A stretch of DNA of 64,000 nt from Octopus bimaculoides. Its lineage: Eukaryota. The stretch covers positions 28,036,057 through 28,100,056 of the forward strand of contig NC_068991.1 in the NCBI RefSeq assembly GCF_001194135.2, given 5' to 3'. Made by a program: the position numbers and the translations under genes. The notes beneath the pieces are model-generated. The model worked only from the letters and a program-made list of their open reading frames with translations, ran no database searches and was not told the origin of the DNA. This document shows, piece after piece, positions 1 to 12,730 of this stretch; the first letter of the stretch is position 1; every line of letters starts with the position of its first letter.

Positions 1-200
1 CACATAATTTTCTTATGGTTTCTTAAACATTCACTTGAACAAAACTGTACAAATCCAAATATATGGTACCCTAGGCATAAACACCTACATGAACTTCTAA
101 CTTGTTGTCTCTTGAGGTCTCTGGGTGAGACTTGGATCCAACTTGTACAGATGCAAAACAAAAGTCAAACATAAAATAATAATAATAATAATAATAATGA
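1..200 (+). mobile_element. 3' UTR of an R4/Dong-like non-LTR element ending in (AAT)n
   Basis: gaggtctctgggtgagacttgga block resembles R4/Dong 3' UTRs (recognition) and is followed by an (AAT)n tail. Confidence 0.5.
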
Positions 201-272
201 TAATAATAATAAGATCATCAAAAAAAATACCTTAGGAATGAGAACCCAGGGTTGGGTTCAAAATTCTATCAG

Positions 273-318
273 GACACCTGATGAAGGCTGGAGAGTAAAT
301 CAGCCGAAACCTTGTGGT
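273..318 (+). ncRNA. Hammerhead ribozyme motif, family 1, degenerate copy
   Basis: GACAC-CTGATGA-A-GGCTG(10 nt)CAGCC-GAAAC-CTT-GTGGT; stem III G16.2->C and one stem I mismatch relative to the other copies. Confidence 0.7.
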
Positions 319-433
319 AACAGCAAACAAGATGAGGACACATATCCGTCCAATGTAAATAATATATATACACAAGTATATTATTATTATTATTATTATT
401 ATGATTATTATTATTATTATTATTATTATTATT

Positions 434-1385
434 GCAATGCACAACGGCCCCTGCTCGGCGGTCAAAGTAAATGGCCACCTATTGGAACCTTTAAGTATCG
501 CACGTTCGGTCCGTCAGGGCTGCTCGCTGTCACCTCTTCTGCTGCGGAAGTTGGAACAGTTAAGAGGCCTCCCTTTCGAAATTGGACTCGGGAGAGCAGT
601 GTCTGCATAAGCGGACGGCGTCATCGTCATGGTGTCGGACACCTCCGAAGTGGAGACGGTTGGCTCCATTGTAAAGGAATAAGAGTCGGTTGCAGGGGCT
701 AAGATCAATGCCGACAGGCCGGTGGGATTGCGACTGGGCACCTGAGAAGCAAATCGATGCCGTCGGGCGCTTGACTGACTAACCAGTGAAACTACTTGAG
801 ATCTGGTTTGGTCCTGACCTCCAGGTGGATAAGAATTGGAAAGAGGTGCCGAACAGGGTGACCTCTTTTACCCAGAAATGGGCAGAGAGGAAATTGTCCC
901 TGGAAGGTCGGGCAGAGGTAGCGAACGCCTAATACGCCTAACTCATTATTTATCGTCTGACCGTTGTGCCTTGCCCCAGTTACTGCTTGATTAGATTGGA
1001 GTGCATCCTGTTTATTTTCTTGTGGAAAGAACGCGTTCCAATTGTCCGGCGGTCGGTCTGCTGCCAATTTCTTTTGCTTGGCGGCTTAGGCATGCCATGG
1101 ATTTTAAGGCGTAGACACACACGCCATATACAGCGATTTCTTGGTGAACGTGTGTGGGTTCTGTTTGTGAGACACACCTTTCTGCAGCTCGTCTCCTTGA
1201 CGGTGCTGCAGACTTGGGTGAAGGATGTCGTCAGGCGCTCACTGTCTTCTACAAGTCGAGCAACAGGATAGGTGGATGTTCCACTTTAGATATTTAGAGA
1301 GGATTAGTAGTGGGGAAGTGCTCTAGGCGTCGACGAAGACGAACTGGCAAGTCTATTCCGGAGGTCATTCCGGTCAGGGACTGTT
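434..1385 (+). mobile_element. Tx1/L1-clade LINE RT fragment (degenerate)
   Basis: RSVRQGCSLSPLL, SA*ADGV (YADD relic) and downstream LFIFLWK...GGLGMP; stops and frameshifts. Confidence 0.85.
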
Positions 1386-1715
1386 ATGGATAATTTCCAT
1401 CAGTTCAAGTCTTTAGGAATAGTTGCCAATGCGCCTATTACTACTGGGATACATTTTACCTGCACTTTCCATAGTGGCTAGGTTCTGGTACTTTTCTATT
1501 GTTTCTATACCTCTTATATTGATTCCTTCTTCATTTGTGACTGTAAAGTCAATTATCTGGCACTTTCTATTCTCTTTATCTACTACTACTACTACTACTA
1601 CTACTACTAAATCAGGCCTTCGAGCATTTATTACTCTGTCAGTCTGAATGTTAAAGTCCAGCATCTTGTACTTCTTACTTTCTAGCACTTTACTAGGTTC
1701 ATGTTCATACCGTTA
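1386..1715 (-). mobile_element. R4/Dong-type restriction-like endonuclease (RLE) fragment
   Basis: DFNIQTDRVINARRPDLVV..DKENRKCQIID...EKYQNL and PVVIGAL motifs. Confidence 0.85.
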
Positions 1716-2109
1716 TTATGATGATTATAATTATTATTATTGCTGTTGTTGTTGTATAGTCAGCTCATGCTGTAAACATGTAAACATTCACTCTCATCCA
1801 ATAGCCGAAAATAAACATCATTGAGCATTGTTAGCCGTTTCATGGGTGACATCTTGGTATCTCTACATGCTACAATTATCTTACATAAATGAAGGATCAT
1901 TATAATGTTTACTACATAGATATACTATTTGCAGTTTATATATGTTTGCATTATTGTATTACATGGATGTATAATTTCTTAACATAGCTGAAGCTACGAC
2001 CCATTATATTCTGTGTTGGTACATTTGCAAAAGTGAACAAAATTAGTGATACATTTTCCATTTATTGCCTTGTTGTTGAAAATTTCACATTATTTGTCTA
2101 TATTTTCAG

Positions 2110-2180
2110 TACTGGGATAAAGACTTGGAATATGTTGCTCAGAAATGGGCAGAAAATTGCCAGTTTAAGCATGACAACGC
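2110..2180 (+). CDS. CAP-EGF-ShKT gene copy A, CAP exon YWDKDLEYVAQKWAENCQFKHDN (3' end lost in N-gap 2181-2703)
   Basis: ttttcag acceptor ending 2109; translation matches the CAP helix-2 motif WDxxLxxxAQxWAxxCxFxH; phase 0 fits the MLKM exon seen in copy B. Confidence 0.88.
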
Positions 2181-2881
2181 NNNNNNNNNNNNNNNNNNNN
2201 NNNNNNNNNNNNNNNNNNNNNNNNNNNNNNNNNNNNNNNNNNNNNNNNNNNNNNNNNNNNNNNNNNNNNNNNNNNNNNNNNNNNNNNNNNNNNNNNNNNN
2301 NNNNNNNNNNNNNNNNNNNNNNNNNNNNNNNNNNNNNNNNNNNNNNNNNNNNNNNNNNNNNNNNNNNNNNNNNNNNNNNNNNNNNNNNNNNNNNNNNNNN
2401 NNNNNNNNNNNNNNNNNNNNNNNNNNNNNNNNNNNNNNNNNNNNNNNNNNNNNNNNNNNNNNNNNNNNNNNNNNNNNNNNNNNNNNNNNNNNNNNNNNNN
2501 NNNNNNNNNNNNNNNNNNNNNNNNNNNNNNNNNNNNNNNNNNNNNNNNNNNNNNNNNNNNNNNNNNNNNNNNNNNNNNNNNNNNNNNNNNNNNNNNNNNN
2601 NNNNNNNNNNNNNNNNNNNNNNNNNNNNNNNNNNNNNNNNNNNNNNNNNNNNNNNNNNNNNNNNNNNNNNNNNNNNNNNNNNNNNNNNNNNNNNNNNNNN
2701 NNNATCTCATCTTCCTCGTCCACTTAATCTTGGGATGGTCGTAGGGACAGAGTCTTCAAGCATGCCTTTCATTGGGTCCTGTTATAATCAACTGCCTCTA
2801 ATCAATCAGGCTGTATCTCTAAGCAAGATCAACTGAATTCAATGTGAAAACTTTCAGATGATAAAATTTTAAGTATAAATG

Positions 2882-2967
2882 TATAGATATTTATATTAAT
2901 AGGTCCAAATTACAGAACACAAATGAGTGATTTGTGTAAGTTGGACCTATTAATATAAATATCTATA
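2882..2967. repeat. 86-bp hairpin with perfect 27-bp arms (paralog at 22937-23022)
   Basis: tatagatatttatattaataggtccaa ... ttggacctattaatataaatatctata. Confidence 0.85.
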
Positions 2968-3304
2968 TATTTATACTTAAAAAAATTCCTTGTCTGAAAG
3001 TTTCCACCTTTTGCTTTCTCTTCTTTGGCATGTATACAGAGATGCATATTTTGTATTTCATACCCAAACTATTATATTTAATATATTTTTATATATTTAA
3101 TATAATTGATGTATCTAATTTGTTTGTCTGCATAATTGATTCTATATCTGCTTGACTTGATCCTTCTTACAGTGATATTTTACCTTAGAAAGTTAATCCC
3201 CTGTAAAGACATTGGAATCTCAGTTTGAATTTTTTGAGCACCACAAAGTGCCTTCTCAACTCAAAATCTCTGGATCTCATCTGTGGGCTATATATATAAT
3301 ATAT

Positions 3305-4575
3305 CTCATCATCATCATTTAGCGTTTGTTGTCCATGCTGGCATGGGTTGGACAGTTTGTCCAGGGCTGGCAAGCTGGAAGGCTGCACCAGACCCCAATC
3401 TGATTTGGCATGGTTTCTTTGTCTGTATGCCCTTCCTAACACTAACCACTCCAAGAGTGTAATGGATGCTTTTAAGTGTCACCAGCTCAGGTGGCATTTG
3501 CATGACACCGGTATATGCCATGACAGCAATTTTACTTGGCTTGATGAGTCTTTCTCTCAAGCACGACATAATGCCAAAGCTCTTAGTCATTGCCTCTATG
3601 AGGCTCAATACTGAAGAGTAGCTTTTCATGTGCCACTGACATCGGCCACTTTGCTTCTGTGGGGCCCAGCACTCAAAAGATGCTTTTTACATGTCACAGG
3701 CATGAATACCAGTTATGTGACACCAGCATCAGCCATGGCTGTGATTTTACTTGGTTTGACAAGTCTTCTCAAGCACAGTATATCACCAAATATCTTCGTC
3801 ACTAGTCATTGACTCTGTGGGGTCCAAAGTCTGAAGATGAATTTTCACCACCTCGTCCCATGTCTTCCTGGGTCTACCTCTTCCACAGGTTCCTACTACA
3901 GTCAGACATCAGCACTTCGTTACACAGCTGTCCTCGTCCATATACATCACATGACCATACCAGCACAGTCGTCTCTCTAGCACACCACATCTAATGCCTC
4001 TAATGCCTAACTTTTCTCTTTAGATTACACTCTGTCGAACATGCACACTGATATTGCATGTCAAACGAAGCATATAGGCTTCATTTCTTTCAAGCCTACA
4101 CATGTCCTCGGCTGTCACAGCCCATGTTTCACTGCCATGTAACATGGCTGTTCAATCACAGGCATCATGCAATCTGCCTTTCAATCTGAGTGGGAGGCCC
4201 TTTGTTGTCAGCAGGGGTAGGAGCTCTCTGAACTTTACCCAGCCTATTCTTATTCTCACAGCTATGCTCTTGGAGCATCCACTTCCACTATTCACTTGGT
4301 CACCTAGATAATGGAAGCTGTCTAGCTTACCCCATTGGCAGTTGATGGAGTCTATTTTCTGTACATTTTCAGTGTTTGTGGTACCTGTGCATTTTCCATG
4401 CATAAAAGCTATTTTCCCAGTTAACAACCTTCCTCTGATATTGCTGTACTTCTTATGTGTCCATAGCTTACATCAGGTACATCCTATGGAGTTTCTACCT
4501 TTGCCTTTTCTACAGATCAAGCAGGGCCATCTACCTGAAGGGATTTGTGATTTGTCTGCCTTCCCACTTACTAAG
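3305..4575 (-). mobile_element. 5'-truncated RTE-clade LINE (paralogous copy about 23290-24215)
   Basis: SFHYLGD..RIRIGWVKFRELLPLLTTKGLPL and WPCLICRK, ending in a (GAT)n tail; same position in both duplication units. Confidence 0.88.
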
Positions 4576-4780
4576 AATTATATGTCTATATATGTATCTT
4601 TGATCTTTTACTGGTTTCAATCATCAGACTGCAGACATGTTGGGGTGCCACCTTCAAGAATTTTTAATTGAATGAATTAACTCGTGCTTTTCACAAAACC
4701 TGGTACTTATTCTATAGTGATCAACTAAGTTACAGGGATGTAAACACACTAAATTCAGTTGTCAAGCAGTAGTGAGGGTA

Positions 4781-4883
<103 letters not shown>

Positions 4884-5788
4884 GTAAGCAGAGTTAGCAT
4901 TTATAGTAACCAACTAAGGGATAAAAATATCCGTATTTACTATCGGAATCAGGTACTTGTGCTATCCCTGGACATGGGTATGCAGATAGACGATACAAAG
5001 AAAACACGGACAGGTCATTCGGAGTTTTATCTCTTCAGTCAAGATTCTGATTATCCTTGCAATTTCAGCTGTTTATTCTCGATATTGCTACAATCTGGCC
5101 AGCTCCAAGGAAAAAACTAAGATAAGAGCATTAGATTCCTTGGAAGAAAGCAACAAATGTATACAAAAACAAGGACAGAAAAAGCAATCAATGTTACACA
5201 AATACAATAGGAATAGTAACAGGACAAAATAAGAGATGTCTTTCAACTAAGGACAAATAAAATTAAACTGGCGACCACTATCATGACTACCATCTACAAG
5301 CAAACAACAATTATGACAAGCAAAAACCAAAAAATCATCAGCATTGCCACCATCATTCCTCATTTTTTCCTTTTTTTCTCTGTCTCTCTCTCTCTTTCAC
5401 TCTTTCTCGCTCTCTCTACTCCCTCTTCTTCTATCTCTCATGAGCTACTTCCCTTAACATGATGCAGGAAGTAGGTAGGAACATATTATTGTACTAATGC
5501 ATAGATGATTATGCCCTGTCATATAAAATCTGCCTTATCCCATATTATGACATTGCAATAAAGAGTACATACATCAGAAGAATACTAAACCATTCAAATA
5601 CTATTTCAATGAGTTGAGTAGCTTAGTTGATCAAACACATTCACAGTCATAAATCAGATTGAGACGTGTTTACTTTCAATCTCATTATAAAGCAATAATT
5701 AAATGATTACTGGAAAGTAAAGAAATTTGGCTCAGTCATAACAATACAAAATTTGACTGTTAAAGTTATTTTAAATATTTTTCTTTAG

Positions 5789-5925
5789 GGAAATTTAATG
5801 TCGGACAAAATTTGGCTCTTGGACACCTAAACTGGTCACATGCTGTAAGCGGCTGGTATGGTGAAATAAAAGATTTCACCTATAACAAGCAAAATGTATT
5901 TTATAAAGTAGGACATTACACACAG
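5789..5925 (+). CDS. Copy A CAP exon xKFNVGQNLALGHLNWSHAVSGWYGEIKDFTYNKQNVFYKVGHYTQ
   Basis: tctttag acceptor, gtaaga donor, 137 nt; contains G(Q/E)NL, WxxE and the CAP signature GHYTQ. Confidence 0.95.
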
Positions 5926-6644
5926 GTAAGAATAATCTATTTTATACATCCAAACTTATTAAAATGTCTGAGTATTGTGGAAAACGAATAGTTGTGTTCT
6001 AGATAAAAAAGATGTCACAATTTAGTAAAAGATAAAAAGAGAACAGACCAGAAGTTAGTAAGAAATTCTAGAAGAAAATGACTTTATAGTTTTTCAGGAT
6101 CAAATATTTTTATTCTGTGAAATCTGATTTGTAATTAGAATTTTCAGTATTTCTAAAGTGATTTTTCCAACTTATATACATATTGTTGTTATTATGTTAA
6201 ACTGTTGTGTGTCCAAATTTGGCCAGATGTGTTTTTTTTTTCTCAATATTTATTTTTGCTTGCAATAGCAGGTTGTTTTCTTCAAACTATCATATCTCCA
6301 GCTGTTTCAGCTGCCAAGATATCAAAAATTGTCAAACTGCAGTACAACAGTTTTGCTATGGAATGGTGAAACTATTATTTTTTTTTTTTTCTGAAAAGGC
6401 TACGTTTTGGACTAACAACACTTATGCACAGTAGCAACATTATACAACATATTGACACACAAGAAATTCTCATAGATTTAGACATATTTTACCTTCATAA
6501 AGAAAGATCTAATGAAGTATATCAATGTAAATGTGGTGAACATGATGAAAGAGAGTATGTGGTAAGTTAGAGTACTCTAGACTAAACTGTATGTATTACT
6601 TGGATGCTATATATAAAGTTTTAAGTATATTTTCATTTTTACAG

Positions 6645-6733
6645 CTGGTCTGGGCAAGCTCTGCTGCTATTGGTTGTGGATTCGCTTATTGCAAAGGCGT
6701 AGGAAGACTGTATGCATGTAACTATGGTCCAGG
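6645..6733 (+). CDS. Copy A CAP exon LVWASSAAIGCGFAYCKGVGRLYACNYGPG
   Basis: tttacag acceptor, gtaagt donor, 89 nt; completes GHYTQ-LVW and CNYGPxGN CAP signatures in frame. Confidence 0.95.
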
Positions 6734-7510
6734 GTAAGTCAATGTTTTCAATCTCTTTATAGTATTGCATTTTGGTGGTTGGCCAAAATGTATGTTTGGT
6801 TTTTCTTGATATTAAATTTCAGGCACTCCAATAAGTAGCTACTTTAAGTCTGTCTCTTGCACATCGCCACTCATTAGAGACTTGACGCTTCAGTATAGTT
6901 TGTCACAAACTTGCAATCAGACAGGTTGTATTTTGTGTGCTTAACTTTACTCTGAAGATGGAAGACCAAAGTAAGCATTATCAACATGTCATATATTTTT
7001 ATTTTTAAAAAAATGTCAACATGACCAGTAGAATCATTCAGGAAGATATGTAATGTGTATGAAATTGATGTAGTGTATTCTAGTCATAACAATTTTAGCT
7101 ACTGTTCCCCTGACTACACCTAATGTGTCTTTCTTTGAAGGGTATGATTTGAGGGAGATATGGTCACTACATCTAGCAATCCCAGTGATCACACAGCTAT
7201 TGATTTCATGCTGGTAATAAATCTATTTGTCACATAAACTTAAGGAAAATTTACTGACGCATGAGATGAGTAATAATTTTTTTATAAATGTTAATATCGT
7301 TGGAGAAGATGGAAGGTTCATCTTTACCTTCCATTTCTTTTCATGTATAACTTGAGCATACTACACTTTTCCTTTCATTTCCTGTGTCGATAGATTTTAC
7401 AAATGCCATTTTTACATTAAGAAATACAAGAAATTCATACATACACACACACACGCACACAAGCACATGCATGCACAAACACAATAAACACACATATGCA
7501 TACATACACG

Positions 7511-7562
<52 letters not shown>

Positions 7563-7895
7563 NNNNNNNNNNNNNNNNNNNNNNNNNNNNNNNNNNNNNN
7601 NNNNNNNNNNNNNNNNNNNNNNNNNNNNNNNNNNNNNNNNNNNNNNNNNNNNNNNNNNNNNNNNNNNNNNNNNNNNNNNNNNNNNNNNNNNNNNNNNNNN
7701 NNNNNNNNNNNNNNNNNNNNNNNNNNNNNNNNNNNNNNNNNNNNNNNNNNNNNNNNNNNNNNNNNNNNNNNNNNNNNNNNNNNNNNNNNNNNNNNNNNNN
7801 NNNNNNNNNNNNNNNNNNNNNNNNNNNNNNNNNNNNNNNNNNNNNNNNNNNNNNNNNNNNNNNNNNNNNNNNNNNNNNNNNNNNNNNNNNNNNNN

Positions 7896-7933
<38 letters not shown>

Positions 7934-8726
7934 AAATAAGAGAGAAGATGGAGATAAGATTAATAAAAGTATATTAACATTGACAAGTCCAGACCTACAG
8001 TTGTTTCAATTCATCATTTGTAGCAAGAAATTAACCAAATTTAATTATATTTAACTGAATTAATTTGGTTAATTACTACAGCTAAGAATATCTTCAGGAA
8101 AAGATGCACAAAGCAATTAATTACATGCCACTACATTCTGAGTTCAAATTCCACTGAGGTCAACTTTGTCTTTCATCCTTTCAGAGTCAATAGATTAAGT
8201 ACCAGTTCAATACTGAGGTCAGTTCAGTAATGGGGTCGCCTCCCCAAATTTTGGGCTTTGTGCCTATAGTAGAAAGGATTATTTATATTAATTTATGACA
8301 ATCTGTATTTTTTTCTATAACTGTATCTATTTTTTTAACTGTGGTATATACTTTTAACTATAAAGGTACACTGTATTCTTCCTGTTCTTATGTTTCCATT
8401 TTGATTTAAATATGATTAATTCCTTTGTACATCCTTCCCTGAAGATGTTCTCACTTGTAGTAATTAACCAAAACAAATTAGTTAAATTAAATTAAATTTG
8501 GTTAAATTTTATGCTGCAAGTGATGAATTAAAATGATTGTAGGTCTGGTCTTGTCAATGTTAATAACCTTTTATTAACCTTATCTCCATCTCCTCTCTGG
8601 TTTTGTATAATATTAATAATACTATATATGTATGTGACTGCTTTGTTAGGCATTCAACTTGTCTAATCTTGGATAATTTTTTCCCTCAGAAGTTTATATC
8701 CTCACTTGTACCTTTATATATATATG

Positions 8727-8769
<43 letters not shown>

Positions 8770-9614
8770 NNNNNNNNNNNNNNNNNNNNNNNNNNNNNNN
8801 NNNNNNNNNNNNNNNNNNNNNNNNNNNNNNNNNNNNNNNNNNNNNNNNNNNNNNNNNNNNNNNNNNNNNNNNNNNNNNNNNNNNNNNNNNNNNNNNNNNN
8901 NNNNNNNNNNNNNNNNNNNNNNNNNNNNNNNNNNNNNNNNNNNNNNNNNNNNNNNNNNNNNNNNNNNNNNNNNNNNNNNNNNNNNNNNNNNNNNNNNNNN
9001 NNNNNNNNNNNNNNNNNNNNNNNNNNNNNNNNNNNNNNNNNNNNNNNNNNNNNNNNNNNNNNNNNNNNNNNNNNNNNNNNNNNNNNNNNNNNNNNNNNNN
9101 NNNNNNNNNNNNNNNNNNNNNNNNNNNNNNNNNNNNNNNNNNNNNNNNNNNNNNNNNNNNNNNNNNNNNNNNNNNNNNNNNNNNNNNNNNNNNNNNNNNN
9201 NNNNNNNNNNNNNNNNNNNNNNNNNNNNNNNNNNNNNNNNNNNNNNNNNNNNNNNNNNNNNNNNNNNNNNNNNNNNNNNNNNNNNNNNNNNNNNNNNNNN
9301 NNNNNNNNNNNNNNNNNNNNNNNNNNNNNNNNNNNNNNNNNNNNNNNNNNNNNNNNNNNNNNNNNNNNNNNNNNNNNNNNNNNNNNNNNNNNNNNNNNNN
9401 NNNNNNNNNNNNNNNNNNNNNNNNNNNNNNNNNNNNNNNNNNNNNNNNNNNNNNNNNNNNNNNNNNNNNNNNNNNNNNNNNNNNNNNNNNNNNNNNNNNN
9501 NNNNNNNNNNNNNNNNNNNNNNNNNNNNNNNNNNNNNNNNNNNNNNNNNNNNNNNNNNNNNNNNNNNNNNTATACATATATATATATACATATATACATA
9601 CATACATACATACA

Positions 9615-9648
<34 letters not shown>

Positions 9649-10385
9649 CATACATACACACACAACAGGCTTCTTTTTCTTTCCATCTACCAATTCCACT
9701 CAGAAGGCTTTGGTCAGCTTGAGGTTATAGTAGAAGACACTTGCCAAAAATGCTATGTAGTGGGACTGAACCCTGAATTATGTGGTTGGGAGGCAAACTT
9801 TTTATTACAGCCACACCTGCATTTTAATCCACATTTTTTTTTTTAGTTAAATCTCTTTATCCCTTTCATGCATTTTTAATATTTTATAATCACTCCTCAT
9901 TAAAACATATTCATCAAAGAAATCATCAGTGTTTTTATAGAACATTCACAGATATGATTTCACAATTTGGGAACTAACTCCTTTTTCTCTTTACACATAT
10001 TTTAATAACTGAATATTTATCCCCAAGATCTCTAATTCTTGCCCTGATTTCATTTCCTCACACCTTAAGTTGTAACTAATATTTCTGTTACATCAGCTGA
10101 CCCTTCTGCTAGCTTGATCACTAAGTCCTTGTACTGGTCCTACTATTACATTAGCTGGTCCTTCTATTGGTCCTTTCTTTAGATCAGCTAGTCTTTCTAC
10201 CAGTTCTTTTAAACCAACTTGGGAGAAAATTCTTATTTTCTTGTATAATTTTTTAAGTGCTTATTTCATGTATATGAAATAGAAAATCACACGATATAGT
10301 CTTATATTCAATATTACTATACCGAATATTATCTTCTCTCAACTTTTAGAAAATTAATTATTTTAAATGTTTTTTTATTTTTCAG

Positions 10386-10450
10386 AGGAAACAGTGCTTA
10401 CTCTCTTAACCGACCATATAAATCATGCAAAGGACCTACAAAACTCATTG
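10386..10450 (+). CDS. Copy A exon GNSAYSLNRPYKSCKGPTKLI (end of CAP domain/linker)
   Basis: ttttcag acceptor, gtgaga donor, 65 nt; phase 2 to phase 1 joins give CNYGPGGN..PY. Confidence 0.92.
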
Positions 10451-10682
10451 GTGAGAAGATATTTTAAAAAGCACACTTCTTTGTCCTTCAATAAGAAATA
10501 CATAAACTAGCAATTAGAGTTCTGCATCATTGAATTAAGTGATTTCCTAAGCATTGTGTCTTATGTGCTAATGATTTTAATGGCTCAATACCTAACAAAT
10601 TCATTATAATTTAAATTTGATTTCTGACATAATTCAATAATGTAATATATTAATTCATGGAAACTTTCTCATTTACTTTCAG

Positions 10683-10784
10683 ATTGTAAAGGAAAGATTT
10701 GTCTGAATGGTGGTTCAAGGATTGGTGATGGTTGTACGTGTAAATGTTATCGGAACAAGATCTATTATGGACCACAATGTGAAA
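10683..10784 (+). CDS. Copy A EGF-like exon DCKGKICLNGGSRIGDGCTCKCYRNKIYYGPQCE
   Basis: ctttcag acceptor, gtaaat donor, 102 nt phase 1-1; six Cys with CLNGG and CxC..YGxxCE EGF pattern. Confidence 0.92.
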
Positions 10785-11473
10785 GTAAATATATTTTATC
10801 TTTTATCTTTTCCTTGCTTCAGTCATTGAAGTGTGACCATGTTTGGGCACTGTCATGAAGGTTTTAGTCAAACAAATCACACCCAGTACTTATTATTTTT
10901 ATTTGTTTAAGCCTGATTCTTGTTCTATTGGTTTCTTTTGCAAAATTGCCAAGTTATGAAGACTTGCACAAACCAGCATTAGTTGTGCAGTGGTGGTGCA
11001 AGTCAAGCACACACACCCACACAAACATGACGGGCTTCTCTGAACTTCCTTCTAGAAAATTCACTCATAAAGCTTTGGTCAGTCTAGCGCTATAACAGAA
11101 GACACCTTAGGTGCCGTGCAGTGGGATTGAACCTAGGAAGCAAAATAGGAAGTAAAATTGGAAGCAAAATGTTTACTACACAGCCATATCTGGGCCTATA
11201 ACTCTATTTTAAAGCAAAATTAAGTCATTATTGGTATCTATAATTATTTTCCTTATGTAATTAATAATTACATAAACGATAAATAACTGACACTAGGTTG
11301 TTATCTTGTTCTCTAGATAGTCATTTTGATAGGTAAATTTGGAAGTATATTTTTGTCTCCAAGGGCAATATCAGGAAATATGGCAAACATACAAGAATTA
11401 TAATTACACTTTTATCAAATGAAAAGAAAACTTGTTAAAAGAAAAATATTTATTACCATAATATAAATTTTAA

Positions 11474-11618
11474 TTATTTACATTATTTACATTCGACGGA
11501 TATTTGTCCTCATCTTGTTTGTTGCTAACACAACGTTTCAGCTGATATAACCTCCAGCTTTCATCAGGTGTCTTGGGGAAATTTCGAACCTGGGTTCTCA
11601 TTCCTAACGTATTTTCGA

Positions 11619-11661
<43 letters not shown>

Positions 11662-12224
11662 GAGTGAGAGAGCAGTGCATGTCATGAAAGTGACACTGGG
11701 GTAAAATATACGAAGTCCGTTATACCCATCATGACTACCCATCTGATAAGGGTACACCAGGCACATGCATCACAACCATATGTGCGCGACATAGTGATTT
11801 CATATCAAGATATAACAGTGCATGACCTCGCAGGTGGGACCCAGTTAGAATTTTCTTCAAGTCAAATAGCCCATCCTGCTCAAAACGTCCCTGAATAAGG
11901 TTTGTTTAAGGATGTTGAGCAAAACACCCATGTTTCCAAAGGTGAATTATTCAAACCCAAAAGAATTCCTCTCAGCACATGGCTATGATGCTCCCCCACT
12001 ACCTCTGCTCATGATCAGAGATGCACATATCATCAGCCACCAAGGGACATGCTCAACTGGTTAAGGTGAAACAACTGACAAGCAAATCTGTGGTATTAAG
12101 CAGAATATTTGCTGTAGGCCATCTTTTTATACCAAGACAAAACAATGTACATGATAACACTTCCAATCAGTTAAGATCAGAAGCCATGAGAACCACTGCT
12201 TGGTACTGCATCCGGGCAGTGTTA

Positions 12225-12260
<36 letters not shown>

Positions 12261-12332
12261 TCACTGTCTGGAATCGAAATCAGAATCTTGGGGTTAGTAG
12301 CCCGCGCACTTAACCACTATGCCATATGCCCA
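11474..12332 (-). mobile_element. Hammerhead-bearing tRNA-SINE interrupted in its internal (AAT)n by an unclassified insert (about 11663-12225)
   Basis: tRNA-like head about 12255-12332 and ribozyme/tail 11474-11625 match the uninterrupted copy at 29441-29733. Confidence 0.8.
11527..11572 (-). ncRNA. Minimal type I hammerhead ribozyme motif, family 1
   Basis: minus strand GACAC-CUGAUGA-A-AGCUG(10)CAGCU-GAAAC-GUU^GUGUU; palindromic AACGUU stem III; stem I GACAC/GUGUU. Confidence 0.82.
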
Positions 12333-12730
12333 TGGGCATATGGCATAGTGGTTAAGAACCTAGTTGTCTACCAAAGCAACTCTTAGGTGACTCTGGCACT
12401 TAATATATTGAAGTGGTATCTCTGGCCCTTCATATATACTACAGTGGTAGGGATGGCAGTGGTATTAGTGATGGTGGCGGGGTGAAGTTATTATAATTTC
12501 TTAGAAAAAATGAAACAAAAGTAACCCAGAAATTTTGTTATTGTATTCCATTGCTAAGTCACCATACTTTATATTGAATATTTAAAGCAAAATATATCTA
12601 ACCATCATCGATCATCATCATCGATCATCATCATCGATCATCATCATCATCACAAATGTCGTTAATGTCATTTTTATTATCACTATTTTAATGTGATTTT
12701 CTTTTCCATTGTAAACTAAATAGATGCTAG

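Noticed and set aside
5007-5042. Minus-strand CTGAAGA...GAA hammerhead-like string in a repeat (about 4881-5270)
   Set aside because: Stem II has only 2 bp, GAAA is GAAU, and there is no stem I complement, so it is not a supportable ribozyme.
8603-9846. Long ORFs in the track (also 2033-2836, 36849-37366, 45874-46991 etc.)
   Set aside because: They are open only because they run through N-gaps.
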